From assembly GCA_964036045.1 (NCBI GenBank), contig OZ038378.1, positions 174,344,001-174,408,000 of the forward strand: DNA of 64,000 bases. The letters run 5' to 3'. Within the stretch, counting starts at the first letter, position 1. Each line of letters begins with the position of its first letter. Positions 10,391-23,958 of the stretch are shown in pieces. Position numbers and translations under genes: made by a program. The DNA is from Eutreptiella sp. 'Long Island Sound 2002'. Lineage: Eukaryota; Protista; Euglenida. The notes beneath the pieces are model-generated. The model worked only from the letters and a program-made list of their open reading frames with translations. It had not been told where the DNA came from and searched no databases.

Positions 10391-11756
10391 TGGTAGTAGC
10401 AAAAAATTGATTGTTTATTTGTTGTGCTCTTGTTTGTCTGTTTACTTATCTATTCTATGGATAAGTATAAGATGACATTATGTAAGCTAGTATGTTGGGT
10501 GAAGGCATGACGAGGGTCCCTATGATTATTATGAAGATGACTAAAATGACAATTATTATGAGAATTCAAGGTTTTTCTATGCTTGCTTTGTGTGCCCCAT
10601 CGATGTGCTGTGAAAGGAAGTAGACACCATGGGATCAAATAGGAATCAAGCAAGGATTTCAAAGAAAGTTCACATTTGGATTGCCCGTTTTCTTGCTCAA
10701 CCCACCAATGGTTATTGGACTATTGAGAAAAGACCTTACATGAGACCAACAATCATTCCGGCCAAAGAAATTTAATTTACAATGCCGCATTGAAAGACGC
10801 CGTGGGAATTGCCGCAGACCGATCGGGTGACACTCAGCATGATTATTTTCAGCACAGTGCTGTGGCGAATCTTTCAAAAAGATTGCAGTTCTGTTGTTTC
10901 TTTTATTTTAGACATGCGTGTGGCCAAAAGGAAGGCGCGGCGCTCGGTGCACCATGTTGTGAAAGGCACAAAGAGGTGTAGTGTGGCATTTCAAAAAAGT
11001 AGCTACAGCGCGGGATGGAAGGCCAAAATACAATCACAAACACGGAAAATTTCCGAAGGACTATAGAATAGCGGTTGCCCAATGGACGTTGCTGCTGTAC
11101 GGCCTCTTTTCTTTTTTCCCAATCCACATGCGTGTCCGTTTGCTATTTGGGCACCAAAAATGTGAAATGCTCATATTCGCAGAAGTTTTGTAGCTGAACG
11201 GCCTATTGCATTGGATTGGTAATTTAAGATTGGAACTAACATTGCAAAACTTGAAAGAAAGATGCGACTAGCTTGCGCAACTTTTGCGGTCAATGACGCT
11301 TTGTCCCAAGATCTCAGGCCAGCTGTGGCAGCTGAGATCATTCAGTCAACAATTCCATGTTGGCTTGTTGCAGAGATAAAAAAACACTTTCCTCATTTAG
11401 TGCCCCGAGGGGGATCAAGCTTTCTAATTAGTTTCAATTTGATGATGATACTCTCCAACGCACCCGCAACGCAACATATGCGCCCAATCATGAACGGGTG
11501 TTTGTGCACAAATGGGCACTTTCTGAGGTGTTCCGTCAACAAAATCCCCCATTTCACTACTGAAGCATTGGGGGGTGGCTCCCTCCAAGATTCCCTTGGC
11601 AAGCAAAAACCCAACCCACTGAAAATAAAAAAAATTCTTCTTGAAATTGGGCTCCAAGTCCAATCAGTTTGGGTAGCACAAATGATTCTGTGATCCTTGC
11701 CTTGGCCATGACACAATTTGGCGTCCTAGGCAAAGAGATGAAGGTATATGTAGACA

Positions 11757-12327
11757 TGTAATATGTATATGTATCACCGCTAAACTATGAAATAGCTTAG
11801 AAAAAAGCACGATGCGTGGGTAATAGCGTTGCCGCCATCAGAAAAACTGACGGCTATGAGTCGTCGCCTTCAGGATCTCTACTGAGATCCTGCCCAAACA
11901 GGGCAAAGCAGTCATTTTTGGGCGAAAAACAGTGAAATATAGTGATTTTTGAGTCAACGACACTCATTTCCCGTGTCTCCCCTCAACGCGTCGTGTAGCC
12001 GACACGACGCGTCCCCGCCCCATATCATATTATATACGAAGAGGGCCACTGTTGGGCCCTGCCATGGGCACCTGATTGATTTTTGAAATCGACTCAGGAT
12101 TATTTAAAAAACTCGTGAACGTGACCAATTTCGACAAAAATTGACCCTTGCGGAACGCCGCAAAAATGGTCACGGCTTATTTCTATATTTCTGAAAATAA
12201 TGTATGAATAATAAAATTCATTAAAAACCTCAGAAATTGAGAAATAAATCTCTGATTTGGGGCTGCGGGCGCAGGCGACGAAGGTCGGCGCCGAGCCCAA
12301 AAATGACGATTTCTGGGGTATTTTACA
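11757..12327. mobile_element. Possible solo LTR
   Basis: TGTAATAT...ATTTTACA termini and CpG-rich, LTR-like composition. Flanks agaca/agaac are not a clean TSD. Confidence 0.3.
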
Positions 12328-13963
12328 AGAACTCCCCAAGAAAGCAGTGAGATCTCAATAAGAGATGCTGAAATTCAGCATCCCCAAGCACCACTGCCAC
12401 TGTGGCGCCAGCGGGTAGGGTGGAGGCCACCCTACCACATCAAACTACATGCTAAAATATCTTGGCACACGTTTTGTTGTGCTCAGCACAAATTGCATGC
12501 AGTATGGGCTCGTCGTCCACTTGTGTATAGCAGCACATTGTGAAATGCAGGTGCACCTGTGTGCAACCATAGAGGATGCTCGGTGCTTCGTTGTCGCAAA
12601 TTAGTGGGGTCAATTTGGTTTCGCTAAGACTGCCAAAAAGTATGAGCCTCTTCACTACATTCATGTGTCGCTGATGCTTCGAAGCACTAAGACCTTCAGA
12701 ATTCCAACCGTAAAACAGTGACACAGTGGTTTCCAAAAAAAAAGATTGCCCTTAACAGCCCGAAAAAGTTCTTCGAAAACTAGGATCCCAAATATGTAAA
12801 ATACACATACCCACTTCTTGCTCTAGCTACACCACCCGCCCGTATCCCTAACGTTGAGATGTCTCCACAACAGTTCCAGCGGCCAAAAGAATAGTCGCGC
12901 CATCAGCATGAATACGAAAAGCGACATATGGAACATGAAATTTAGAGGTCTGAAACTTTTGAGCCTTTCGATAAAACAACCAAAGAGGATGTAGAGGATG
13001 AGGCTACGGCTGCAGCCAAAAACAAAAGCCTAATTGGCCGTCAGGAAGCAGCAAAATCCAACCGTAAAAAGAGGTTTGTAGGCAGGGCCAAACCTCCATC
13101 TATTTCTATGGATAAGCAGCCATCATGGAGAAAAAGTGCAAAGCCTGCCCCACCAAATGATGCCCCAACCCCATCCCAGTGTGCGCAACTTTTTGGAAAA
13201 ACCAAAATTGTACAGCACACAACCTACCTGCAAACAACAAATCTTGCGAAGCAACCAGGCAAACACATTGCAAAACATTCAGTGCCCATGAATGGCAACT
13301 TTGGTGCTTTCCACGGGTCCATAACCCTTATTACATACACTTATCAATCATGATGCGAACCCGCAAAAATGCTCCAATCGTTGTGTTGTCACCAAATGAT
13401 GACACATAACGCATCCCAAAAGATTTCAAAAGCTGTTTGCAAATAGCAATTTTTTGGCAATATTCCAAAACCGCGGAAATGCGTAGTCACTAAATGTGGG
13501 GGGTCAGATTTTCAGCTTCTGAACCCCCCACCCACCCACCCACCCTCTAGGAATAACTGCATGCGATCCTACTGGCCCTGGTAGACGGATGCACTCAACA
13601 CAATGCAGGCTACAATTGCAAACACTAGGACATGGGAAATATGATGTGTTACAGGATATAGCTTCACAAGTATTCACTACTTCAGAACTTTTTCAAACTC
13701 TCCGTGCGCCATGTCATACCCTTGAAACCAGAAATAAATGGGCCAGAAGAGATTTGGCCCGCAACCTACAGATTGCGACTTTGGGTGTTTATCTTTGTTC
13801 AATTTTGAAAATTGTGCGGAAAAAAATGCTATTTTTTTTATGCACGGCATCGCTTTTCTTCCTTGTGAATTGGATACCCCCCGTAAGGAGCATCCATTCC
13901 AACAGCAGCAGGAGCAAATACATCGGATTGCCTCCCGACTCCAGCCATGTCCCCAGCCATGCA

Positions 13964-14303
13964 CATCATGCACAACAACACGAGGAAATCCAACACCTAT
14001 TCTTCCAACTGTACAAGATGTGACGACTCGTGATCGTTGAATTGTGTGCATCATGCACAACAACACGAGGAAATCCAACGCCTATTCTTCCAACTGCACA
14101 AGATGTGACAACTTGTGATCGTTGAATTGTGTGCATCATGCACAACAACACGAGGAAATCCAACGCCTATTCTTCCAACTGCACAAGATGTGACGACTTG
14201 TGATCGTTGAATTGTGTGCATCATGCACAACAACACGAGGAAATCCAACGCCTATTCTTCCGACTGTACAAGATGTGACGACTTGTGATCGTTGAATTGT
14301 GTG
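13964..14303. repeat. Minisatellite, 4 copies of an 85-bp unit
   Basis: catcatgcacaacaacacgaggaaatccaacgcctattcttccaactgcacaagatgtgacgacttgtgatcgttgaattgtgtg starts at 13964, 14049, 14134 and 14219. Confidence 0.95.
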
Positions 14304-15019
14304 TGGCCCAACTGCCTAACAGCAGAAATAAAAGAAAGGTTAGAAAGTGGAAAACAAGTAAAAACTATACCTTTACTCAGAGTTTTACTCAGCATCATTA
14401 GAGAGTCGCAAAAATTTGGAATCAATCTGTAGTAAGGGGAACAAGGGTAGAAATCTGTAAATCCGTGGGTCAAACTTAAATTTCATGGGAAAAAATCCAT
14501 GGAAAAACTATCTGAAAATGCTCCCTGACTCTTCCAATGCTGCATCATGCAGTCTCTCGAAGCGAGCTGGCAGCTATGTGCGCAGCAATACAATTGTGAA
14601 TTCTGGCTGCGGCTATCATGGCTGTCACTATTCAAACACTACCCACTCACACCAATGCACTGCAAAACAGGTCAGGTGCCAACTACAGTCTGCAAACACC
14701 AGTCGCCAGTCAGTCTGCAACAAAAGAAAGGGAATGAGACACAACATTGGAATCAATACTTTCCACGTACCAATGAGACACAGGCCTACTCAAGAAGTGA
14801 AGAGACGGGTTCGAAATAAACAGGGATCGCTTGGTCCGATGCAGGACCAACACCCCATGTTACATGGTTCACAGTCACCTTTGTTTGAAGCACTGGTTGT
14901 ACGAGGGTCACGGGTGTCATCTCCCCGCGATGCGCATTTAAGTTTGAGGAGGCGTTGGGGGGGGGGGGGGGGGGCGGAGACCTAATTCAGGCGGGGGGGG
15001 GGGGGCAGCCCATTTGGAG

Positions 15020-15160
15020 CTTAGCGCTGTGTTGTTGCTGTGTTTTGTGTTACGCTACGTTGTGTTGCGTTGTGTTTGCGGTGTTGTGTTTTGTCGTGTT
15101 GATATTTTGCACTGTCTTGCAATGTGGAGTTTTTGCGTTGTACTGTACTGTGACAACACA
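15020..15160. repeat. Degenerate (TGTGT/TGTTG)n microsatellite
   Basis: Low-complexity tgtgt-type pentamers. Confidence 0.8.
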
Positions 15161-15163
15161 ACA

Positions 15164-15355
15164 TGGTCATGGGCATAAAACCACCCCCAAATTGGGGATA
15201 AAACAACCCTTAAAACCACCCCGGGTGGTTTTATGCCCCCTTTTAGGGGGGATAAAACCACCCCTTTTGGGGGGATAAAACCACCCCCCTTGTTAAAACC
15301 ACCGCCTTTGGGGGGATAAAACCACCCTGGGGTGGTTTTATGCCACCAGGACCAC
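15164..15355. mobile_element. Small foldback/MITE-like element built of iterated ggataaaaccacccc motifs
   Basis: About 8 direct and 2 inverted copies of (g)gataaaaccacccc. Ends tggtcatgggcataaaaccacccc / ggggtggttttatgccaccaggacca are inverted repeats. Confidence 0.7.
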
Positions 15356-16129
15356 AAAGGACACAACAAAGCAATCAAAAGCAGTCTGAACAATGCACTC
15401 TGCGCAACGTCAGATAATGAGGGGGGGACCCATGACCCTGCTTGAGTTCAGAGGTGAAGCCATTGATGAGCCATTGGGAACAATGTTCAATTGTTCTGCC
15501 TCCTGCGGGCGTGGTCAGCACCATGGCTTTTTTGTGATACGGAGAGGGGGGGGGGACAACTCACAGGTTGAAAAACTCACAGATAAAAAGTAGGGCATAC
15601 AGACAGATAGCATGCAGACACTGGTGTGTCTGCTACTTCAGCTTCTGCTAACTTCTATTCCTCTGAAAATTTTCCCAGGTTGTTAAACTGGTTGTTGATC
15701 GGAGGTTCGGGGAAGGGGTCGAGAGCAGGGGGTGGGGGGGGGATGTAAAGGGGTATGTTGGCCTGTGACTAATTGATGAAACACACAAAGTGGGTCCCCC
15801 CCAATAACCCCAATTGCATGACGCCCACCACCCGTGGCAAACCCCATCCCACACTCCGTTGCCAAAGAGGGAAAGAGGGAAGAGGGAAGAGGCAGCGAGC
15901 TTTTTTGTCGGGGCTTTTGATGGAGGAGCCTCCTTGTCCTCTTCTCTGAGAGGGCCGTCTGTGCTCAGACGTGGGCCAGCCCTTTGCTGATGCCAGAGGG
16001 TTGGGCCCCTCGGACTTCTGCACAAAGGGTCCGCTTAGGGAAGCAAAGGGGGCTCCCACCCTGCGGCATTGGCTCCTCGTATGCATGTCCATCGCAGGCC
16101 AGCTACAAGTCTGCAGCCGTGCTCTCTCA

Positions 16130-19100
16130 TTAAGTGTCATCCGAGACCTTGTCCACCAGATGCTGCTCCATTTTTATCATCTCGGTGTCTCCGACACCAT
16201 CGGCCGTCTCAGAGTGCGTTTGCGTTTTGGCTTCCTCCTTGGGAGCAAACGTGTACAGGGTGAAGCCCAAGGAGGAGGCCAGTACGCCGGCGGTCTGCAT
16301 TACGGTACAGTGCGAGTCAACGAACAGCAGCCCCGCCACAAACACTAGAATGACCTGGGAAAAGCGGCAGTTGACCAGGGAGGTTGGACTTTCTACTCAT
16401 CAGGGGCAGGTCATGACTCCACCCCACCAGTCAAGGACTACCACACGCAAGTAGGGGTTACTCCTTGATGGTTCCTAGGGGGTTTTCGCCTACCTCATTG
16501 TCAAGCAGCAAAAGATATACGCACCCAAGTGGGCTCCTGGGTGTGGGGCAAAGAGGTCTTGGGGTTTTTTGGGTTACCCTAATCCTTTACCTCAAGTTCC
16601 ATAAATTTCACGTCACTTTTCAACCGAATCTTGACACAATGCCTGTTCTGTTGCCATCACCCATGTCCTTCGTTTTTTCACGGCGGTGGCACAGCAAAAT
16701 TTTCAAAAATGTTTCACTCTCAAGAGGGGCTGTAATTATCTGGAGTCTAGAAACAGGCCACAACCACTTGTTTGAGCATCCCATCCCAAGTGGGCTCGGA
16801 ACAACTTTGGAAACACCCAATCTTTGACCATTTAATGGCCTCTTTGACCTCGAGTAATTCTACCTGAGCACATGCCCGGTGCACTACTCCTTGGTGCCAA
16901 TGGGGCATTCAAGGGTGTTGAAGGTGTGGAAATAGCCTGCAAGTGTTCCCATTCATCAGTCAGAGTCAAGCGAAGCAAGGTGGGACTTGGAAAGGTGGGC
17001 ATAAGAGGTCGGCAGGGTTTTCCCACCATCACCGTCTACAACTCTCCTGCTTGGTTGCCAAGTAGCCTCGTCTCCCATGTCCAACAACGGGCATTGTGCT
17101 TGGCCAACGCCTCAAAGCACCATCCACCAGGGTGCTCAACATGAAACAAGCCTATGGGGCCGCTTTTAGGGGAGTTAGAGAACAACAAGAAATGTTGGGA
17201 GAAAAGCATCCCAAAGCTTTTGGGCCAGAACAAGGGAGAAGAACAGAGAGGAGGAACAGAAGACCAATGGAGAACAACAAAGAACAATGGAATTCAGTAG
17301 TATTCAGTAGCAACGAGCACAGCACGACGAAAAGTTCGCATTTTCCGCCTCTCTCACCAATGGAACCAGCTGCCCATTTGCAGTCACATGGTTGGGGTTT
17401 CCCTGCTCGGCACCGTTGGTCAAGCAGCAATGGGGGAACTTTTCAAGGCTGAGTTTGGCCATTTCTGACCCCAAACAAGGGTCGTTGAGGCCGCTAATTG
17501 GGTGCGACAGCTACCACACAGTGCCCCAAGGTTTTCTTCATCATCTAGGTTGGTTCCAATGCAAATGCTCCACCACCACATACATCCTATGTGCCATAAG
17601 CCGCCAAATAACGGCATTTTTTTGGAACTCGCTATCTGCACTTACATACGGCACGCGTCCTCAGCCGCCACTGTTGAGTTGCTTGCTCAAATTTTGTAGG
17701 ATTGTGCGTCATACTCATAACCATCACTCACCAAACCTTTGGCTGAATCTGAACCACCAGGAAGGAGCACTGATGACTTTTGTTCCATTTCATACCTTGC
17801 TGCTTGCTGCTGCTGCTAGAAAGGGTAGCTATGCCCCAGACCTTGAAGAGGATCGTAAAACCTTACTAGTTTCACCAGCTTGGCGAAGAAAGTGATAAAA
17901 CCTTACCCATGGGCACACAAAAACTTTTTCCACCTCCTGGGCAACATGGACCCCCTGATCGCTATCTGTCAAAACCCGGAGGGGCTGTGGGGTGTCGCAA
18001 ACAATGAACACCCCCGAGGGAACACGACATTAAGCATGACAAACAACAATCAAAACATAACCTTCAGCAACCCCACAACTTGGAATACCAGCGGCGATGC
18101 GGCATTGACGATCCCAACCATCGAGAAGGCGACGAAGTAGAAGACGAAGCAGGATGCAAGCAGATGCACTACTTGCTCGAGCGACCAGTCATAGTTGAGA
18201 AGCTCGGGGACGGGATCCATGCAAAGGGCAAAACCCAGCAACCATGGGGCGCAGACGCTGCAGTACACCTGCATGGTCTGCATGTTGGTCAGTTGGTACG
18301 TGTCCGCTACACGCTTCTGTGTCTGCTGGTGGACACTGGTGAGCACTGTAGCGAGGGTGCCAAAAATAAGGCCTCGCCCCCGCATACTGATCTCATCGAC
18401 GGTGACCAAGCCTGTGTATGAAAAAGGGGCTGTGCAGTGTCAGATCTGGCACCATCGGCGGCTGACGGCGGTCGGAGCCTGCCTGACGCGGATGGCATTT
18501 AATCAGAAGCGGGTAGAAACCAAGATTAAGGGCTGCAGCATGGCGAAGTGGACGGACGATGATAATCCACAAACATCCCCGAAGTCAACCGCCCCTGTAC
18601 CCCTGCGATGGAGCCCATGGGGGAGTGTGCTGCTCTCAGAGCGCTCACTAGACGAGCCTGCTTCAGACGTGACTTAATAAAGAAATGAGGAGGAGACCCA
18701 GGGGCCCAAGTGTTTGTGGTCAATCGACATCCAGTGTCATGCGGGTTCTGTCATGGTCAAATAAGGCTTGCAACAATGAATGGAGTTGTGAAGGAACATC
18801 ATCACCCACTATCTGGACAGCCTCCTCAATGATATGCACTGTGGTAACTCACATCAGCAGCGCAAAAGATATCTGCGTCCACCTTGGCTCAAAACCAGGA
18901 ATCCTCTGGAATCGTGGTCATGAACTCTGACGCTGGTAGCCCCCCCCCAACCCCCCCATTACGGAGCCTTTCTTCCGAATTCGTCACTTGCATTTGGCAC
19001 AAAGAGCCGGAGCAGCACAAAAGGCCCAGCTTCGCCTGCGACCAGGGGCTTTGGGCTGGTGCTGTTGGATGCAGGCATGCGTTTTGCATCAACGAATGGG

Positions 19101-20612
19101 TGTAGGATCACATACGACTGACGCAAAAGACTCTGGCCTTTCAAGCTGCTTTTCTGATCCCCCGCCCCCTTCTTGCTTTTCAGGGGCTTGAAGGCCAGGA
19201 CCGACGATGGTCGCCCCGCATCCCTTGGATTACAGGGGATGCAGGTGGTCCTTGTGCCTGTACTTCACGATGGGATGGGGCGGCTGAGGCAAAAAATGAG
19301 ACGGTAGTCGTCAATACTCCTGGCCGTAGTCCGTGTTGTGATGCGATTTTCTGTGGGACATCAGCCACCTCCGAAAGCTGTGATGAGGGAATTGCACTTG
19401 GAAAACATTCCAGCCCTTAGTTCAGTACTTTTTTTATGGGGAGGGGGTACTACCGGGGCGTCACGGGAACGGCACGTCACGGGAACACCGTCGTACCCAC
19501 CCCTTTGTCATGCCGGCATGCGTCCGGCATACAAGGTCAGGTAGCGGTCCCCCGCCGCCCCCAGGGAACGGTCACCAAGCGACAGTCCGCGCTAGCCCCC
19601 GGGGAATGGCCCCACCGAACACAAACATTTCTTGGTCCTGCACCACTGGGCACAGGAATGTTTTGGGCGGCACCCTTGGGTGGGGGTCGGGCCCTTTTGG
19701 CAGGAGGTTTAGCAGAAACAAGGGCCAGCAAACCCTTGGGCATCCACTTGTCTGCAGGAATGTCCCTTGTAAAATACAATTTATTCCCCAAACTGTGCCC
19801 CAAACCCCACAGACCTCGGGCAGTCTTTGCCTACACAATCTCTGTGTCAGAATTCAAATGACTATCGTGCCACAGCACGCACCCTCATTGAGCAGATGCA
19901 AATCCTGGCCTCATGATAATAAAGGGGGGGGGTGGGGGATAAGGGCGAGTGGATTCAGGGTCAAGCCAGGAACCATCATGATCTACGTGGCTGGAACGCA
20001 GCATGCACACACCTACGCCCACCTTCACTCCCGTAAAAGCGGTACAACAACAATCAGGCGATGCCAGAGAGGCCTCAATGCACCAAAGGACCCCACCCCC
20101 CCCCGGAACAATTGAATAGCGACACCTTTTTGCGTCCGGGGCTGGATTGGGCCCTACCAGACCGGCCTGCATCGATGCCTGGTCTCTGACCCCTGGGGTC
20201 ATGCCACACCTGTGCCGGCCACCATCAACAGCAATGCCAAGATCTGTGGCATCGTGAACCTCTTCCCAACATAGAAGTAGTCGATGGTAGCGATGCAGGG
20301 AACCGTGAGCAGTTTGAACGTTTGGAAGGTGCCCACGCTGTTATACCACAAACTGAGGTTGAGCAGGAAGAGGGAGAAGGCGGAGAGGCAGCCTCCCATG
20401 ATCGCAAACGCCGTGAACTTGGGACGTTCTGTGTAGCCGAGAGTACTGGCACTCCACGTGACGACAGCCACGGAGCCCTGGTGCACAAAAATAAGGCACG
20501 TGGGCCACTTGAAGCCGTAGAGGTGATACAGGCGCTTGGTGACGACAACGATCGCCGAGGCCGAGACGATGCTCGTCACGATGTACATGATCAGTTGTAC
20601 GCTGTACTTCAT
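16130..20612 (-). CDS. Nucleotide-sugar transporter / triose-phosphate-translocator (DMT) family protein, 325 aa; exons 20612-20210, 18411-18062, 16354-16130
   Basis: Three hydrophobic ORF segments join in frame through GT-AG introns (ACAG|gtgtgg...cacag|GC; AAG|gttatg...ttttcccag|GTC), 978 nt in total. Motifs NLSLWYNSVGTFQTFKLLTVP, GTGLVTVDE and SPLVFQVVGLLK are typical of UXT/SLC35E-like NSTs. Substrate not assignable. Confidence 0.9.
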
Positions 20613-21639
20613 GGTGTCAAGCGCCTGTAATGATGATGGAATGATGTAGTGATTTGGTGATGTAAGTAGTGATGTAGTGATGTAGTGATGCATGAAGTTG
20701 GTGGCTTTCTTGGGGGTCCCAGTGGACCTGCACCAGGGAGACTGGACAATGATACACTCACATGCCAAGGGCGCCCGTGCATGCCATGCTGCCTGCATCC
20801 AAGCAGTCGCATGGCTCTCACAGCCGGATGGCTCTCACAGTATCCAATGCGACAGCTATGCGTTGCATGCTCTTGTCTATTTGAGTGCCAAGCTCACGCC
20901 ACCCTCCACCCATCATGAGCACCACTGCACTATGCACATGCTTCCTTTCCCTCACTTCCTCCTCTTGCTGCCCTACCCACCCCCCTCCCTGTGTCCCTGT
21001 GGGGGTTAACAAATGCTCCACCAGCCTTTCACAGAAATGGTCCACAGAAAGGCCCATGCCCTAAATGCTCGGCCAAGAATTCACGGAGGCATACACCATC
21101 CATGCTCTGCTGAGCATCATGCTGCGCCTGTCATATTTCATGGGAAACCATTGGGCATGGCTGGCGGCAGCCCTGGGCTTAGGCTTGGGGTGAGGAGATG
21201 ATTCAGCTTGAGCCTCTGGCAACTTGAAATTGCTTCTTGCAAAATTAGTTTGCCTCAGTCATCCCTGGTCACATACAACTTCCCGTCAAAAAGGTTTGCC
21301 AAAGGTCAAATTGCACAGCCAACCTGTACCAGATAACATCCTGTTCAACAGGTGCAAATAAAGAATGTACCATGCAACAGTCAAATGCTGGGCACAAGGA
21401 GGATGTTGTAAATGCTGGACACAAGGAGGGTGTTGTTTCTCCGAGCAAAATGAATAATTGCCAAATCGCATACATACAACCACTGTAACCGACAAACCTC
21501 TTTCCTAATATTTGAAGATCGGGACGAAAGCAAATTAGGTTCCAAATTAACACAGTACATTCGCTGTCCGACAAGCCGCATCTTGGCCATAAGACCGCGA
21601 TGGTCGCAACCCTCCGGAATCACTCTACGAAACTCTCAC

Positions 21640-21935
21640 AGGGGCAACCGGGCTTTCAATTAAGGGGGGGGGGCAGGGGGTCATAGAGCCCCCTGGCTAG
21701 ACCCCCCCCTCCCCCAAAAAGGGCTCAATTGACGGAACCCCCAAAATCCTACCGAGACTGACCCCCAGGCCTCGGAGGTGACCCGGACCCAAAAATCGGC
21801 AAAAAACGAAAATGGGATTTTTGGAACCAGCGCGTCGAGGGGGTTCAGAAAAGTCATCATTTGCAATATATTTGGTGAAAAAAATTGACCATTTTTAATG
21901 GTCAAAAAAATTTTCGGCGCCTTCAGCGCCAGAGT
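21640..21935 (-). repeat. Dispersed repeat, second copy at ~29836-30075 in the opposite orientation
   Basis: gggctcaattgacggaaccccc aaaatcctaccgagactgacccccaggcc...gttcagaaaagtcatcatttgc is the reverse complement of 29850-30000. It ends in the hairpin ggcgccttcagcgcc. Confidence 0.8.
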
Positions 21936-23958
21936 TCATAATGACTGATTGATGGTCCTGCCAATTGAGCCCTTTTCCCAAACCTCCCCCCCCACCGTTT
22001 TAGGGGGCTCTATCTCCAATCGAATATCGCTGATTTCAGCCTACACATCTGCCCGCCATCGAGAAGGCCAAACAAACCCCAAACCCATCCTTACAATATG
22101 GAAATATAAGCACCATAACCAACACATCTACTACTGCCTCATGCCAGGTGTTCTTGTTCAGGACATGCAGCGAAAGCATGCCGCCAATTCAACGAACAGT
22201 CCTCTTCAGGTCCCAGTCACTGTAAACAGCATGACATTATGCATACCTACACCCAGACCCAGGTGGGTTGGGCAACCATACTGCTTCCGACGCTTCATTT
22301 TATGTTTCACTTGTCGGGCGATGGGGGAGCAATCGCATATGGATTGGCACTGCACTGTGACAAATCTTCAGGGGTTACAGGAGCAAGACTGATGGTGATT
22401 GCAAGACAAGTTTGAAAAGGGACTTGACAGCGGACAGACTTTAGGTCACCGGGCGAGAGAGTCTTTTGACAGAATCCTGCCGCTCACTGCCTTGTGCAGA
22501 CACATGCAAAGTGAGAGAAAAAAATGTAGCATGGGGTAGTTGCGCTTAAACAAGGTTGCGCCTGTGCACGAGCTGTGATACAACAATGAAGGGATACACC
22601 AAAAACCCACCCATACCTTGCGCAGGCAAAAACTAGCATATTCTTGATGCCTTGGGAGAATGTTTGCCCGGGGCGCACCCTGTGCGCTACTTTTGTATTA
22701 ACTATCCCGACTTTAACCCCACATTTACCCTCACATGGAGAAGCCCCAAGTAGACCAGAGTGGAGTGCAACCCTTCCCTACAAAGCACGCTGCAAGAGGC
22801 GAAATGGCTGAATTCAACCTCAACGCATGTCACTTCCCATGTGCCTAACAAGCAGTATTATCTCCACAAGTGTGGGTGTCAATACATTCAGCACAATAAT
22901 GCTCCTTGCACTTACCACAAACTGTAATGGTGGAGCGCTTTTGACAATACAAAGCACACAAGTCTGCCTTTGCCTCATCCTCTCTCTCATATTGTGCAGC
23001 GGCTGAGTTGCTCTTATCAGCTCAAACATGAGGGAGGTGGGCGGGGGGGGGGGGGTCAAAAAATGACCCCCCCCTTTTTTGGGTCGAAAATCAGGAATCT
23101 TTTGGGTTTTTTTTTTATTTTTAGCCGAAAAAGTGTTTCCGGGTCCCGACTCCATGGGGTTTGTATGGGGTGGAGTGGGACGAGCGCTTATTGGGTTTAT
23201 GCATTTTTTAGCCATTTATGCTATGTTGGCAGTTTTGGCAACCTCGGTGACCCCGTGGTACCCACTCTAAGGGGTGTGAGTGGGGATGTTGTGACAATAT
23301 ATGCCTTTTAGGATACGAAAGGACGTTTTTTTGCAGTCTCTAGCCCTGCCGGGGGCCGGTCAAAACCCGTGCCAAAGACGCGAAATGATTTTGTCCACCA
23401 ATAATGGCCCAGTGAATGGGCCGGTGCATAACCTGCTTATGTAGTTTTTCACCCTGGGCAGCTCAAAAATCGAAGTTTTCGAAACTTCTTTTTATGATAT
23501 TGTGATCACCTAAAATGACCATCCAAAGTATGTAAAGCATGTGTTAGGCCGTAGTTACATGTTATTCACCCTATTTGGGTATTGGGCGGCGGGGGGGGGG
23601 GGGTCTCCCAAGGGATTGGTACACAACCTGCTTATGCAGTTTTTCACCCTGGTCAGCTCAAAAATCGAAGTTTTCGAAACTTTTTTTTTGATATTGTGAT
23701 CACCTAAAATGACCATCCAAGCTATGTAAAGCATGTTTTAGGCCGTATTCATGTGTTTTTCACCCTATTTGTGTATTGGGCGCATGGGGGGGGGGGGGTC
23801 TCCCAAGGGATTGGTACAGAACCTGCTAATTCAATTTTTCACCCTAGGCAGCTCAAAAATCAAAGTTTTCGAAACTTATTTTTCTGATACCATGATCACT
23901 TAAAATGACCATCCAAGCTATGTAAAGCATATTTTAGGCCGTATGTACGTGTTTTTCA

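Noticed and set aside
13964-14303. CRISPR array
   Set aside because: The units are wholly repeated with no unique spacers, there are no cas genes, and the context is eukaryotic.
16355-20209. Non-canonical (euglenid-type) introns in the transporter gene
   Set aside because: Both introns resolve in frame with GT-AG ends.
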